Origin: Vulcanimicrobiota bacterium
GTDB lineage: Bacteria; Vulcanimicrobiota; Vulcanimicrobiia; Vulcanimicrobiales; Vulcanimicrobiaceae
Reading direction: 5' to 3'
Length of the DNA stretch: 64,000 nucleotides
NCBI GenBank assembly: GCA_963812155.1
Contig: CAWETW010000003.1
Span: 992,001-1,056,000 of the forward strand
Of the stretch, positions 48,556-58,351 are shown piece after piece; positions within the stretch are counted from its first letter, which is position 1; the number at the start of each line of letters is the position of its first letter. Made by a program: the position numbers and the translations under genes. A model generated the notes under the pieces. That model was not told where the DNA came from and searched no databases. It saw nothing but the letters and a program-made list of their open reading frames with translations.

Positions 48556-49787
48556 CCGTCGGCATTTTGGTCGGCGGCGGACCGGCGCCCGGCATCAACG
48601 GCGTCATCGCCTCGGCGACCAGCGAAGCGATTGCGTGCGGGCATCGCGTGCTCGGAATCTACGACGGTTATCGCGATCTCGCGTCAGGCAAGGTGCCCGC
48701 CACGGTGGAGCTTACGATCGACGAGATGTCGCACGTCGCCAACGGCGGCGGCTCGATCCTTCGCACCTCGCGGACGAACCCGGCAGAAAACGACGAGACG
48801 CTGGAGCGATGCGTCGCCGGCCTCCTGCGGCTGGGGATTCGCTATTTGCTGTGCATCGGAGGCGACGACACGACGTTCGGCGCGGCAAAGATTGCGGAGC
48901 GCACCGGCGATCGCATCGGCGTCGCTACCGTGCCGAAGACGATCGACAACGACTTGCCGCTACCCGATAACGCGCCGACCTTTGGTTTCGAAACGGCGCG
49001 CTCGGTCGGCGCGCAGATCATCGAGAGTCTCATCGAAGACGCGCGCACGACGACGCGCTGGTACGTGGTGGTCAGCATGGGGCGCAAGTCGGGGGCGCTG
49101 GCGCTGGGAATGTGCAAGGCGGCGGGCGCGACGCTGGCGGTGATCCCCGAGGAGTTCCCGGCGCAATCCTCGTTGAGCGCCGTCATCGACACGATTACCG
49201 GCGCAATCGTCAAACAGCGGGCGCTCGGGCGCAGCCACGGCGTCGCCGTCGTCGCCGAAGGCATTGCCGAACGCGTATCGGTCGAGGCGTTGGGCGATGC
49301 ACTCGGCGTCGCGGAACGCGATGCATTCGGGCACGTGCGCCTAGCGGACGTGCCGATCGGCACGGTGCTGCGCGACGGCGTGCGCAAGCGTTTGACGGAG
49401 CTGGGACTTCGCTCGACCGTCCTTGCCAAAGACATCGGCTACGAACTGCGTTGCGCGCGGCCGGTGCCGTTCGATCTGGACTACACGCGCACGCTCGGCT
49501 ACGGCGCGGTCCGCTACTTGGTCGAAGGCGGCAGCGGGGCGTTGATCGCGCTGAGCGGCGGGCGCGTAGTGCCGGTGCGTCTCGACGAACTGCTCGATCC
49601 CGAGACCGGCAGAATTCGGACGCGTTTGGTCGACGTGACGACCGAAGCCTATCGCGTGGCGCGCGACAACATGGTGCGTTTGGAGCCCGGCGATCTCGAG
49701 GGCGAAACGTTGGAGCGGCTCGCCAAGCAGACGAATCTCACGCCGCCGGCGTTCGCGGATGCTTTCGCGAAGATCGCTCGCTTGTGA
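48552..49787 (+). CDS. pfp: pyrophosphate-dependent phosphofructokinase
   Basis: GGGPAPGIN, GGDDT (PPi-type Asp), PKTIDND, MGR, GYELRC motifs. Confidence 0.88.
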   Translation: MTVGILVGGGPAPGINGVIASATSEAIACGHRVLGIYDGYRDLASGKVPATVELTIDEMSHVANGGGSILRTSRTNPAENDETLERCVAGLLRLGIRYLLCIGGDDTTFGAAKIAERTGDRIGVATVPKTIDNDLPLPDNAPTFGFETARSVGAQIIESLIEDARTTTRWYVVVSMGRKSGALALGMCKAAGATLAVIPEEFPAQSSLSAVIDTITGAIVKQRALGRSHGVAVVAEGIAERVSVEALGDALGVAERDAFGHVRLADVPIGTVLRDGVRKRLTELGLRSTVLAKDIGYELRCARPVPFDLDYTRTLGYGAVRYLVEGGSGALIALSGGRVVPVRLDELLDPETGRIRTRLVDVTTEAYRVARDNMVRLEPGDLEGETLERLAKQTNLTPPAFADAFAKIARL

Positions 49788-49797
49788 GGGACGCACC

Positions 49798-50595
49798 GTG
49801 GTAATCGTCGCGATGTTCCTCGCCGTGCTGCTCGCGCAAGAGCCGCTTGCGGCGCCCTCGCCGCAGCCGTCGCCGCTCAAGCAGATCATCGAGGTAAAGT
49901 CACGTCCACTGTGCACCACGGTCGGCCGAAACGTGCAGATCGCGCTGGTCGGCCTGATGAAAAACGACGATGTGATCGAATCGGGGCGGCGCGAGTTCGC
50001 CAAGATGGCGTGGGACCAAGCGCAAGGCTCGGGCGCACTTGGCATCGACCGGCTGGCGCTCAAAAACGTCGCGTCGGCGATGGTGCACAATCTCTACGCG
50101 ATCGATCAAGTGCTCGACGATCCCGCCCGCTTTCCGAAAAATCCGTCCACCGGCGACGAGCGGGCCGCCGACCGGATGAAGGCGGCGCTGCAGGCCGTCG
50201 AAGATCGTCAGAAAGCGCAGTTGAACCTCATCGACGGAACCGTAGAAACCGACGAGATGAGCGAGATGCGCCACGACTACGCCGGCTTCAATCCGACGGT
50301 GAACAAACCGAATCAGAGTTCGGTGGCGGCTGCGAGCCCGGCACCGATTACCGACGCAGGAGTCAGCGCCGTTCCCAAAGCGGCGGCAACCATTGCGCCG
50401 CTCACCAGCGGCGGTTCGAGCGGCGGTCCCAACGGCGATGCCGGCGTCTCAGGCACAGCGCCGGCCGCGGCATTCATGCGCGAACTCGAGAACGGCCAGA
50501 CGTCGGACGTTCAACTGGAGAGCGAAGCGTCGGCGATTATCGTGCCGATCGCGCAGGAGTGCCGATCGACTCCGGCCGAGTCGCCGAGTCCGTAA
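49798..50595 (+). CDS. hypothetical secreted helical protein
   Basis: Signal-like N-terminus, PLKQIIEVKSRPLC, paired Cys; no family recognised. Confidence 0.7.
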   Translation: MVIVAMFLAVLLAQEPLAAPSPQPSPLKQIIEVKSRPLCTTVGRNVQIALVGLMKNDDVIESGRREFAKMAWDQAQGSGALGIDRLALKNVASAMVHNLYAIDQVLDDPARFPKNPSTGDERAADRMKAALQAVEDRQKAQLNLIDGTVETDEMSEMRHDYAGFNPTVNKPNQSSVAAASPAPITDAGVSAVPKAAATIAPLTSGGSSGGPNGDAGVSGTAPAAAFMRELENGQTSDVQLESEASAIIVPIAQECRSTPAESPSP

Positions 50596-50628
50596 GGATC
50601 GCCCCTGCGGACTCTCCGGCGGATTGAT

Positions 50629-50655
50629 CGCAACGCCGGCGAGCGTTGCGCTTTT
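50629..50655 (+). terminator. intrinsic terminator
   Basis: CGCAACGC-CGGCGA-GCGTTGCG stem followed by CTTTT. Confidence 0.65.
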
Positions 50656-50736
50656 CATGGCGGCTACAGAAAAAGGCGGTCGTTTTGTCGCTAGGTAACA
50701 TGGATTCGGTGCCGCCGAAAGGATAGAATTGGCACG

Positions 50737-53700
50737 ATGATGCGATTGACCGCGACCGTTTTGCTCGTTGCCGCGTTCGTGTTCGCGAGCGCGCCGCGTG
50801 CGTGGGCCTCGACCACGGGGACGCTGCGAGGCCGCGTTGTGGAGCCTTCGACGAATGCTCCGGTGCCGGGTGCCACGGTGACGGCGGTGTCGCCCTCGCA
50901 GACGGCGACGACGACCACCGACGGCTCGGGCGCGTTCTCGTTTCTGGCTCTCAATCCCGATACGTACACACTGCGGGTGGAGAAGGCGGGCTATTCGCCG
51001 GCATCGCAGCCGGGTGCGAGCGTGTTTGCGGATCAGGCCAGCACCTTCGTCATCGTGCTCTCGCCCGCGCTCAAGACGATCGGACGCGTGGCGGCGCGGG
51101 GCGCCGGGAGCCTGCTGCACCCCGGCACGACCAGCGACGTGTATTCGGTGAACGCGGCCGGGCAGAAGGCGGCGCAGTCCGTTGCCGGATCGGGGTCGCT
51201 CAACCAGGCTTACGGCGCCATCGCCAGCGTACCGGGCGTCGCAGTACCGTCGGGGCAGCAGGGGTGGTACCAAAGCGTCTACGTCCGCGGCGGCGACTAC
51301 GACCAGGTCGCCTACGAGTTCGACGGCGTGCCGGTCGTCCGGCAATCCGATTTCGCGCCGATCGTCACGCTCTCGGCGCTCGGCCAGCAGGAAGTCCAAA
51401 TTTACACCGGCGGCACGCCCGCGACGTCGAACTCGTCGGGCCTCGCCGGTTACATCAATCAGGTCATCAAGAGCGGAACGAGCCCGGGTTACGCAACGGT
51501 CGACGGCGCGATCGGCGCACCCCAGTTCTACCATTTCATTTCGGCGGAAACCGGCGGCGCGACGCCCGACCGGCTTTTCTCCTACTACGTCGGCCTCGCC
51601 GGAGCCAACCAAACGTATCGCTACGTCGATCAGTTCAACGGCGTCAGCGATCCGCAATACTTCTATCCGCTGTCGGTCGCAACGAACAACGCCGTCTATT
51701 TCGTGCCCGATGGCAGCTGCACGCTCAAGCACGGTCCGAACTCGTGCGTTGGAGATCCGAACTACGGCGCGCTCTATTCGCCGGGTGCGTCGTACTTTCA
51801 AGCCGCCGGCTTCGATCGCGAAACCGTGATGAATTTCCACTTCGGCATTCCGCATCACAACGATGGAGGCAAAGACGACGTGCAGCTGCTGTACGTCACA
51901 GGCAACATCGAGACGCAGTTCTATTCGTCGTACAACGATACCAATGCCGGAGGCGTCTATCCGGGCGGCATTCCCTATCTCGACTCGACGTACTACGGCG
52001 GCGCGCTTGCGAAAGCGCCGAACCCGGCGCGACTTTACACCGGGCGTTTTCCGTATAGCCCGACCGACCGCGTCTACAACAACTCCACGGTGAACGGAAC
52101 GACTACGAATCCGTCGCTGGTAGGGCTCGATCAGCGCGACGGTAATAACGTCGGATTCTCGGTGGAGAAGGTGCAATACCAGCGCAACTTCGACAATCAC
52201 TCGTACCTGCGCGTTCTCGGTTACAGCGAGTTCTCCGATTGGCTCATCAACGGACCCAACGGCGCGCAGTTGGACTTCGCTGCCGATCCGGCCGAATACG
52301 ACGTGCTGGCGTGGATCTACGGGGCCGTCGCGATCTACTCCAATCAACTCGGCTCGAAGAATCTGCTGACGTCGAGCCTTTCATACAACACGCAGACGCT
52401 TGCGACGTACGATGCGGAGTTTGCCAGCGGCGGCCCGAATTCTCGCGGGGCGACGGGTCTCGGCACGGTGCTCTCGAGTTACGTCGGCAACAACGGCGAT
52501 TGTTATAACTTCCGGACGGGCGCGCAGTGGAGCTGCTTCGCCGCCGGGAGCCAAGGCGGCCTATTCTACCAAACGCAGCCGGGATGCCCTCACCCGCAAA
52601 ACTCTCCGTACATTTGCTTGACGCCGAATACGGCGCCGGCCGGTTCGCCGGCGGCCAAAGCCGGCGCGCACTGGATCATGACGGAGAACGGCGACGCCGC
52701 GCAGTTCGACGACGTGCGCCCGATCTTCGGATCGCTCGCGGTCACCGACGTGTGGACGCCCAACGACCGGCTGCTGATCAATCTCGGTGCGCGCGTCGAC
52801 AACTTCGTCTACAAGTTCGACGACACCGTATCCGGATTTCCGGCGCGCGCTTTCTGGTTCAACGCGTTCAACAATGAGAATTGCGGCGCCCCGGCGCAGG
52901 ATCCGGTCTCGCGGTGGAACGGCAGTTCGTTTACCCCATGTCCGGCCGGCTTCAAACCGATGACGGTTCCCGGCGTGGGGCTAGCAAACACCGTGCCGGC
53001 GAGTACCTCGTATTGGACGTTCTCGCCGCGTCTGGCGGGTACGTACACGCTCAATCCGGACAACGTGCTGCGCGCCTCGGCGGGCCGCTACGTTCGCGCC
53101 GCGGCAACGTCGTCGCAGGAAATCAACGACCGTCAGCAAGACCTGCCCGATCAACTGTCGGGATTCTACAAACTCGGATACACGACGCCGTATCACGAGA
53201 ACTTGCCGGACTCGTCGTGGAACTACGACGTCTCCTGGGAGCACCATTTCCACGGCACGAATCTGTCGTTCAAACTTTCGCCGTTCTACCGCGCGACGAG
53301 CAATCAGGTCCAGTATTTCGCGATCGACCCGGCGACCGGCATCGTGTCGGGCGTCAACGTCGGCAAACAGGAGTCCAGCGGCGTCGAGTTGTCGCTGCAA
53401 GGCGGCGATTTCTCGAGGAACGGGCTCTCGTTCTCGCTGTCGTACACGTACACCGACAGCCGCATCAAGTACGCGCCGATCGCCAACGGCGTTTCGGTGC
53501 TCGACAGCCTCAACGCGGCCATCGAGCAATATAACTCGTACACGCGCGGCTGCGCCGGATCGGCGGAGAAGTCGACGATCTGCGGCGGCGGACTCTACGC
53601 CGGCAACTCGCAGTCGGCGTTCAACAATTCCGGCGGCGTGCACGTTTCGAACCCTTACTATAACGGCACGATCGAACCGCTGATCGACCGCAACGGCTGG

Positions 53701-54339
53701 TACACCACCTACGACGTCATTCCGACTGCGTTCAGTTCCGCCAACGGCTTTGCGGTGCCCAACGTCGCGACGCTGCTGGTCAACTACAAGCACAACCGCT
53801 TCACGGTGACGCCGAACCTCACGTATTCATCGGGGTCGTTCTACGGCTCGCCGCTCTCCTGGGGCGGATACGTGCCGCAATCGTGCACCCGCAACCCGGC
53901 GCTCAATCCGGTTGCGCCCGGCGCGAGCTGCAGCGGCTCTTATCAGAATGCGGCCGGCACGACGATCGCGCCGGGCGTGATCTTCCTTCCGGATCCCTAT
54001 ACGCATCAGTTCGACACGCTGGGGGCGCTGCAGCAGCCCTGGCAACTCACGCTCAATCTCCAGGCGAGTTACGAAATCAACTCGCGCGCCACCCTGACGA
54101 TGACCGCGTCGAACCTCTACAACCAGTGCTTCCAGCGCGGCTACGCGTGGGACGATCCGAACATCTGCATGTACTCGAATCTGCCGTCGAACATTTTAGC
54201 GCCGGCGGGAAACTTCATAGCGAACCCGCCGACGCAGCTGAAATTCCCGTACGGTCCGTGGTCGAACCAAAACGAAGTCGGCTATACGGCCGTCAAGCAG
54301 CCCTTCCAGCTGACGTTCGACCTCAACTTCAGATTGTAA
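50737..54339 (+). CDS. TonB-dependent receptor with N-terminal carboxypeptidase-regulatory-like domain
   Basis: Signal peptide, GTLRGRV...PDTYTL domain, plug motif YVRGG...FDGVPV, barrel strands, terminal FDLNFRL. Confidence 0.88.
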   Translation: MMRLTATVLLVAAFVFASAPRAWASTTGTLRGRVVEPSTNAPVPGATVTAVSPSQTATTTTDGSGAFSFLALNPDTYTLRVEKAGYSPASQPGASVFADQASTFVIVLSPALKTIGRVAARGAGSLLHPGTTSDVYSVNAAGQKAAQSVAGSGSLNQAYGAIASVPGVAVPSGQQGWYQSVYVRGGDYDQVAYEFDGVPVVRQSDFAPIVTLSALGQQEVQIYTGGTPATSNSSGLAGYINQVIKSGTSPGYATVDGAIGAPQFYHFISAETGGATPDRLFSYYVGLAGANQTYRYVDQFNGVSDPQYFYPLSVATNNAVYFVPDGSCTLKHGPNSCVGDPNYGALYSPGASYFQAAGFDRETVMNFHFGIPHHNDGGKDDVQLLYVTGNIETQFYSSYNDTNAGGVYPGGIPYLDSTYYGGALAKAPNPARLYTGRFPYSPTDRVYNNSTVNGTTTNPSLVGLDQRDGNNVGFSVEKVQYQRNFDNHSYLRVLGYSEFSDWLINGPNGAQLDFAADPAEYDVLAWIYGAVAIYSNQLGSKNLLTSSLSYNTQTLATYDAEFASGGPNSRGATGLGTVLSSYVGNNGDCYNFRTGAQWSCFAAGSQGGLFYQTQPGCPHPQNSPYICLTPNTAPAGSPAAKAGAHWIMTENGDAAQFDDVRPIFGSLAVTDVWTPNDRLLINLGARVDNFVYKFDDTVSGFPARAFWFNAFNNENCGAPAQDPVSRWNGSSFTPCPAGFKPMTVPGVGLANTVPASTSYWTFSPRLAGTYTLNPDNVLRASAGRYVRAAATSSQEINDRQQDLPDQLSGFYKLGYTTPYHENLPDSSWNYDVSWEHHFHGTNLSFKLSPFYRATSNQVQYFAIDPATGIVSGVNVGKQESSGVELSLQGGDFSRNGLSFSLSYTYTDSRIKYAPIANGVSVLDSLNAAIEQYNSYTRGCAGSAEKSTICGGGLYAGNSQSAFNNSGGVHVSNPYYNGTIEPLIDRNGWYTTYDVIPTAFSSANGFAVPNVATLLVNYKHNRFTVTPNLTYSSGSFYGSPLSWGGYVPQSCTRNPALNPVAPGASCSGSYQNAAGTTIAPGVIFLPDPYTHQFDTLGALQQPWQLTLNLQASYEINSRATLTMTASNLYNQCFQRGYAWDDPNICMYSNLPSNILAPAGNFIANPPTQLKFPYGPWSNQNEVGYTAVKQPFQLTFDLNFRL

Positions 54340-54345
54340 CCCGTT

Positions 54346-55944
54346 CTAGGGCGTGAAGCGGACGATACGATTGTTGTACGAGTCGGCGACGAAGACGTTT
54401 CCATGTGCGTCGACTGCGACGCCGTAAGGACCGCTGAAGCCCGAACCGATCGCGAGGATCGTCCCGTCCGGTTGGACTTCTTTCACCGCGTTGTTCGAGG
54501 TGTCGGCGATGAAGAGATCGCCCTGTGCGTCGACCGCCAGACCGTTGGGATGGTTAAAGCCCGAGCCGATCGTTGTCGTCGTGCCGCTGGGCGTGACCTT
54601 GACGACTTGATTGGCCATCGTGTTGGAGATGTAGACGTTCTTCGCTGCGTCGACCGCGATGCCGCCGTCGGAATCGAAGACTCCGCCGACCCGCGTGATC
54701 TGTCCGTGGGCGATTTTCTTTGCGACGTTATTGCCGGTGTCGGCAACGTAGACGTTTCCGGCCGCGTCCAGCGCGACGCCTTCGGGCAAGTAGAAGCCCT
54801 TTCCGAGCTTCACGTACTGACCCTTGGGCGGATACATGCGAACCGGTGCGACGCGCATCTCGACGCAGCCGACGAAGACGTCGTCCTTGGCGTCGACCGC
54901 GATACCGAACGGCGTCTTGAGCTCGCTGGCAATTTGTTTCGTGGTTCCGTCGGTGAGGATCTCCACGATAGTTCCGTTATTCGTGTCGGTGACGAAGACG
55001 TTGCCGTTGGGATCGACGGCAACGCTGCGCGGAATATTGAAACCGGTACCGATGACTTTGAGCATTCCCGTTCGCGCGACGACCTTCACCGCGTTGTTGC
55101 GCATGTCGCCGACGTATACGTTTCCGGTGGCATCTACGGCGACGCCGCCCGGCCGTCCGAAGCCGGAGCCGACGACGACGGTCGTGCTGCCCGAGACCTC
55201 GTCGAGGACGTTGTGATTCGTATCCGCCACGAAGATGTTGCCCGTTGCATCGCGAGCGACCGCATCGGGCGCGCTGAAACCGCTACCGACCTGCGTGACC
55301 TGGCCCTTCGGCGAACGTTTGACGACGCGGTTGTTGCCCGTGTCGGCGATGATCACGAAGCCGAGCGTTCCCACCGCGACGCCTTGCGGCGCGCTGAAGT
55401 TCTTTCCGATTTGCGTGATGGTGCCGTCGGTCGTCACTTTCTTAATCGCGTTGTTGCCGGTATCTGCGACGTAAACCGTACCGTCGGTTCCGACGGCGAC
55501 GCCGGCGGGCGCTTTGAATCCCGAGCCGATCGTCGTGATCTTGCCGCCGATGCGGGCGATCTTCTTGACGGCATCGTTGCCGGTATCGGCCACGAACACG
55601 TTTCCGGTTGCGTCAAGCGCAACGCCGTCGGGAGCGCTGAAGCCGGAACCGATCGACGACGTGCGGCCGGACGGCGCGATTTTCTTCACGGCATTGTTGC
55701 CGGCGTCGGCGACGTAGACGTTCCCCGTCGCGTCGACGGCGACGCCGCGCGGCGAGATGAATCCGCTGCCGATGCCGCGCGTGACGTCGTGCGGATGCAT
55801 CGTCCCGGCTGGAGCATAGGCCGCGGCCGCGCCCGGAGGCGTGGGAGCGGAAAGTGAGCCGGGCGAACAAGCGCTCACGGCAAGAGCGGCCCCTAACGCT
55901 GTAAGGCGCAGGGTCCGCTGGGACGCGAAGATTCCGGTGATCAT
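54346..55944 (-). CDS. NHL-repeat lipoprotein (about 12 repeats, two beta-propellers)
   Basis: Repeated GSGF..P.GVAVD..GNVYVADTGNN.VKKI; lipobox VSAC; ATG 55944 with GAGG RBS. Confidence 0.9.
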   Translation of the reverse strand: MITGIFASQRTLRLTALGAALAVSACSPGSLSAPTPPGAAAAYAPAGTMHPHDVTRGIGSGFISPRGVAVDATGNVYVADAGNNAVKKIAPSGRTSSIGSGFSAPDGVALDATGNVFVADTGNDAVKKIARIGGKITTIGSGFKAPAGVAVGTDGTVYVADTGNNAIKKVTTDGTITQIGKNFSAPQGVAVGTLGFVIIADTGNNRVVKRSPKGQVTQVGSGFSAPDAVARDATGNIFVADTNHNVLDEVSGSTTVVVGSGFGRPGGVAVDATGNVYVGDMRNNAVKVVARTGMLKVIGTGFNIPRSVAVDPNGNVFVTDTNNGTIVEILTDGTTKQIASELKTPFGIAVDAKDDVFVGCVEMRVAPVRMYPPKGQYVKLGKGFYLPEGVALDAAGNVYVADTGNNVAKKIAHGQITRVGGVFDSDGGIAVDAAKNVYISNTMANQVVKVTPSGTTTTIGSGFNHPNGLAVDAQGDLFIADTSNNAVKEVQPDGTILAIGSGFSGPYGVAVDAHGNVFVADSYNNRIVRFTP

Positions 55945-56017
55945 AATGCGGACACCTCGTAACAGCGTAGTCCGCCGCTTCTGCCCGGTTTGCGGGCAGA
56001 CCTTTGGAGGAGGAAAG

Positions 56018-56368
56018 ATGAAGGCCGAACGGGTCGCATTCGTGATGTATCCCGTCACCGACATGGCGCGCGCCACGGAGTTCTACCGCGGCGTGCTGGG
56101 GTTCGAGCCATCGGGATTGTCCAGCGATTTCTGGGTCGAGTTCGACGTCGGCGGGGTTCCGTTCGGCATCGGCAACTTCGAACAAACCGGTAAGCCGGGT
56201 ACCGCTCAGTCGCTTGCGATCGAGGTGAGCGACATGAGCGCGGCGCGCGCCGACCTTGCGGAGCGCGGGCTCGAGACGACTGAGCCTTTTGAAACGCAGA
56301 TTTGCTATATCTCGATACTGCGCGATCCCGACGGAAATCAAATCGTGCTGCACCAGGCCAAAAAATGA
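56018..56368 (+). CDS. VOC/glyoxalase family protein
   Basis: VTDMARATEFYRGVLG and RDPDGNQIVLH motifs; GGAGGAGG RBS. Confidence 0.9.
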   Translation: MKAERVAFVMYPVTDMARATEFYRGVLGFEPSGLSSDFWVEFDVGGVPFGIGNFEQTGKPGTAQSLAIEVSDMSAARADLAERGLETTEPFETQICYISILRDPDGNQIVLHQAKK

Positions 56369-56994
56369 CCGTCGTTCGTCCTTCGACTGCGGCGCTTCGC
56401 GCCTCCGCTCAGGATGACACAGTTGCATCGCTTCGCGATGCTTCGCTCAGCCCTTCGACTACGCGTGCTACGCACGCTGCGCTCAGGGTGACACTGATGG
56501 TTGCGTTGCTGTGCGTTTCGGTGGGAGCGGGAGCGAGGCCGGGGGCGCTGGATCTGCTCGACAAACTCGCGGGAACGTGGCAGAGTTCCGGAACGTTCGT
56601 CGACAGCGCGTATAGCAAAGCCGGCACGGCCACGGGCACGACGACCTGCGCCTGGTCGCGCGACCGGTACTTTTTGCTCTGCCAGCAGACGGTGTTGATA
56701 AACGAAAAGCCCGACCACGGCGTCGCGATCTACACCTACGACGACGCAACGAGCGCGTATAAGTTTTACAACGTCGGCATCAATCGCATGGGCAGCACCG
56801 GTATGAGCGTCAACGCCACGTCGATTACCTACGATGGTTCGTTCGACGACGCTGCAAAACACGTGCTGACGCGCACGACCAACGTGTGGGAGTCTCCGCG
56901 GGCATACGCGTGGCGCGCCGAGTATTCGCTCGACGCCGGAAAAACCTGGGTCTTGATGGGCGCGGGAAAATCGCTACTCGCGGTCGACGGGTAA
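56365..56994 (+). CDS. secreted beta-barrel protein (DUF1579-like); alternative start at ATG 56497
   Basis: LAGTW...C.W...YD....Y...SLDAGKTW pattern; ATGA overlap with the VOC gene; N-terminus encoded by two REP-like units. Confidence 0.65.
   Translation: MTVVRPSTAALRASAQDDTVASLRDASLSPSTTRATHAALRVTLMVALLCVSVGAGARPGALDLLDKLAGTWQSSGTFVDSAYSKAGTATGTTTCAWSRDRYFLLCQQTVLINEKPDHGVAIYTYDDATSAYKFYNVGINRMGSTGMSVNATSITYDGSFDDAAKHVLTRTTNVWESPRAYAWRAEYSLDAGKTWVLMGAGKSLLAVDG
56380..56494 (+). repeat. two tandem REP-like units (56380-56420 and 56451-56494)
   Basis: CCTTCGACTGCGGCGCTTCGCGCCTCCGCTCAGGATGACAC and CCCTTCGACTACGCGTGCTACGCACGCTGCGCTCAGGGTGACAC. Confidence 0.85.
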
Positions 56995-58351
56995 AAACGA
57001 AGGCGGCTGCGCCAAGAAATACTTCTTCGACTTGTCCGACGGAATCGTGGCGAACGAGCGCGGCCTCTGCTTGAAGTTGAAAACGTTGCCGATCGAGGCG
57101 GCGCGGACGTCGGTGGTGCCCATGTTTCCGAGCTTGAAGGTTCCCTCGATGAATTTGAGGATGCTGCCGAACTCGTATTGCGTATGCGAGATTTCGCCGG
57201 CCGGCACGAACGGCGACACGATGATGACGGGCACGCGGAATCCGAGCCCGTAAACCGTCCCGTCGGCGGTCTTGTCGAGTGGCGGCGGCACTTCGTGATC
57301 GTAGAAACCGCCCCAATCGTCCCACAGAATGAAGATCGCGGTCGATTTCCAGTATGTGGACTGGCCGACGGCGTTGACGATCGAGGCGGCCCAGGCCGGG
57401 CCGTTGTCGGGCGCCCTCGAGCCGTTCGGATGGTCGGAGTTGGGCTGTTCGGGGATAACCCACGACAGCGCCGGCAGCGTGCCGCCGGAGATGTCGTTGA
57501 AGATGTTCGTTTCGGGCGTGGAGATGTTGCCCCAATCGGGACCGTGACGCACCGCGTCGATCGCGGCAAAGGCATTCCACAGTGCTCCCGCCGTGTCGTA
57601 CTTATACAGAGGCGCGTAGTATTTCCACGTGACGAGCTTTTTGTCGAGGAGATCGGCGAGCGTACCGGTCGGATAGGCGAGGCACGGAAACGGGCCCTGC
57701 CCTTGCAGATAATCCTTGTGGTAATCCATCACCGATGTGGTCGTCGGCGGCGACTTCGGAGCGTCGCAGCCCCAGCTCTTCCACTCCGATGGATAGTCGA
57801 TGACGCTTTGCGTGGAGTTGATCGCGGTCGTGCCGGCGATCAGATCCTGATGGGCGGTGAAACTGCCGCTGCCCTGCGTCTGGAACATGTGATCGGCGAG
57901 CGCGTACCGCTGCGCCATCGTCCAATACGGCTGAATCTGGGCCGGGTTCACGTATTGATACGCGTACGTGCCGCACGGCGTGCTGCCGTCGATCTTGCAG
58001 AGGTCGAAACCGTTCATCTTGGCGTGGTTGTATTCGGCGTAGTAGGTCTTCCAATCGTGATTGATGTCGAGCGCGCCCGCGAGGGCCTTCATCTTCAAGG
58101 GCTGCGACGTACCGTCGTGCTTCTTACCGCTGGTGGCGCCGTCGGCTCCGGGAAACGTCGCGAACAGGTTGTCGAAGCTGCGGTTCTCCTGGACGATCAG
58201 CACGATGTGCTTGATGTGCAGGCTGCTCGCATCGTCTTGAAGCGTCTGGACCGGCTACCGAGGCGGGCGCAAAAGACGTGCCGGCGCTCGTACCGCCGCA
58301 ACCGGAAACGGAAAGCGCGACGATCGCTGCAAGAAGTGCGACGCGTTTCAC
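56974..58351 (-). CDS. phosphoesterase family lipoprotein (array copy 5), apparent indel near 58245
   Basis: Signal/lipobox VSGC in one frame; [16 protein letters not shown] and the remaining catalytic domain in another. Confidence 0.8.

Noticed and set aside
50449..52347. Long antisense and alternate-frame ORFs (also 31005-32630, 54403-55857, 59585-61114 and many others)
   Set aside because: Shadow ORFs expected opposite genes in high-GC DNA; Arg-rich, motif-free and fully overlapping well-supported CDSs.
54346..55944. Internal DNA repeats in the NHL gene as a repeat array
   Set aside because: They are degenerate coding repeats of beta-propeller blades.
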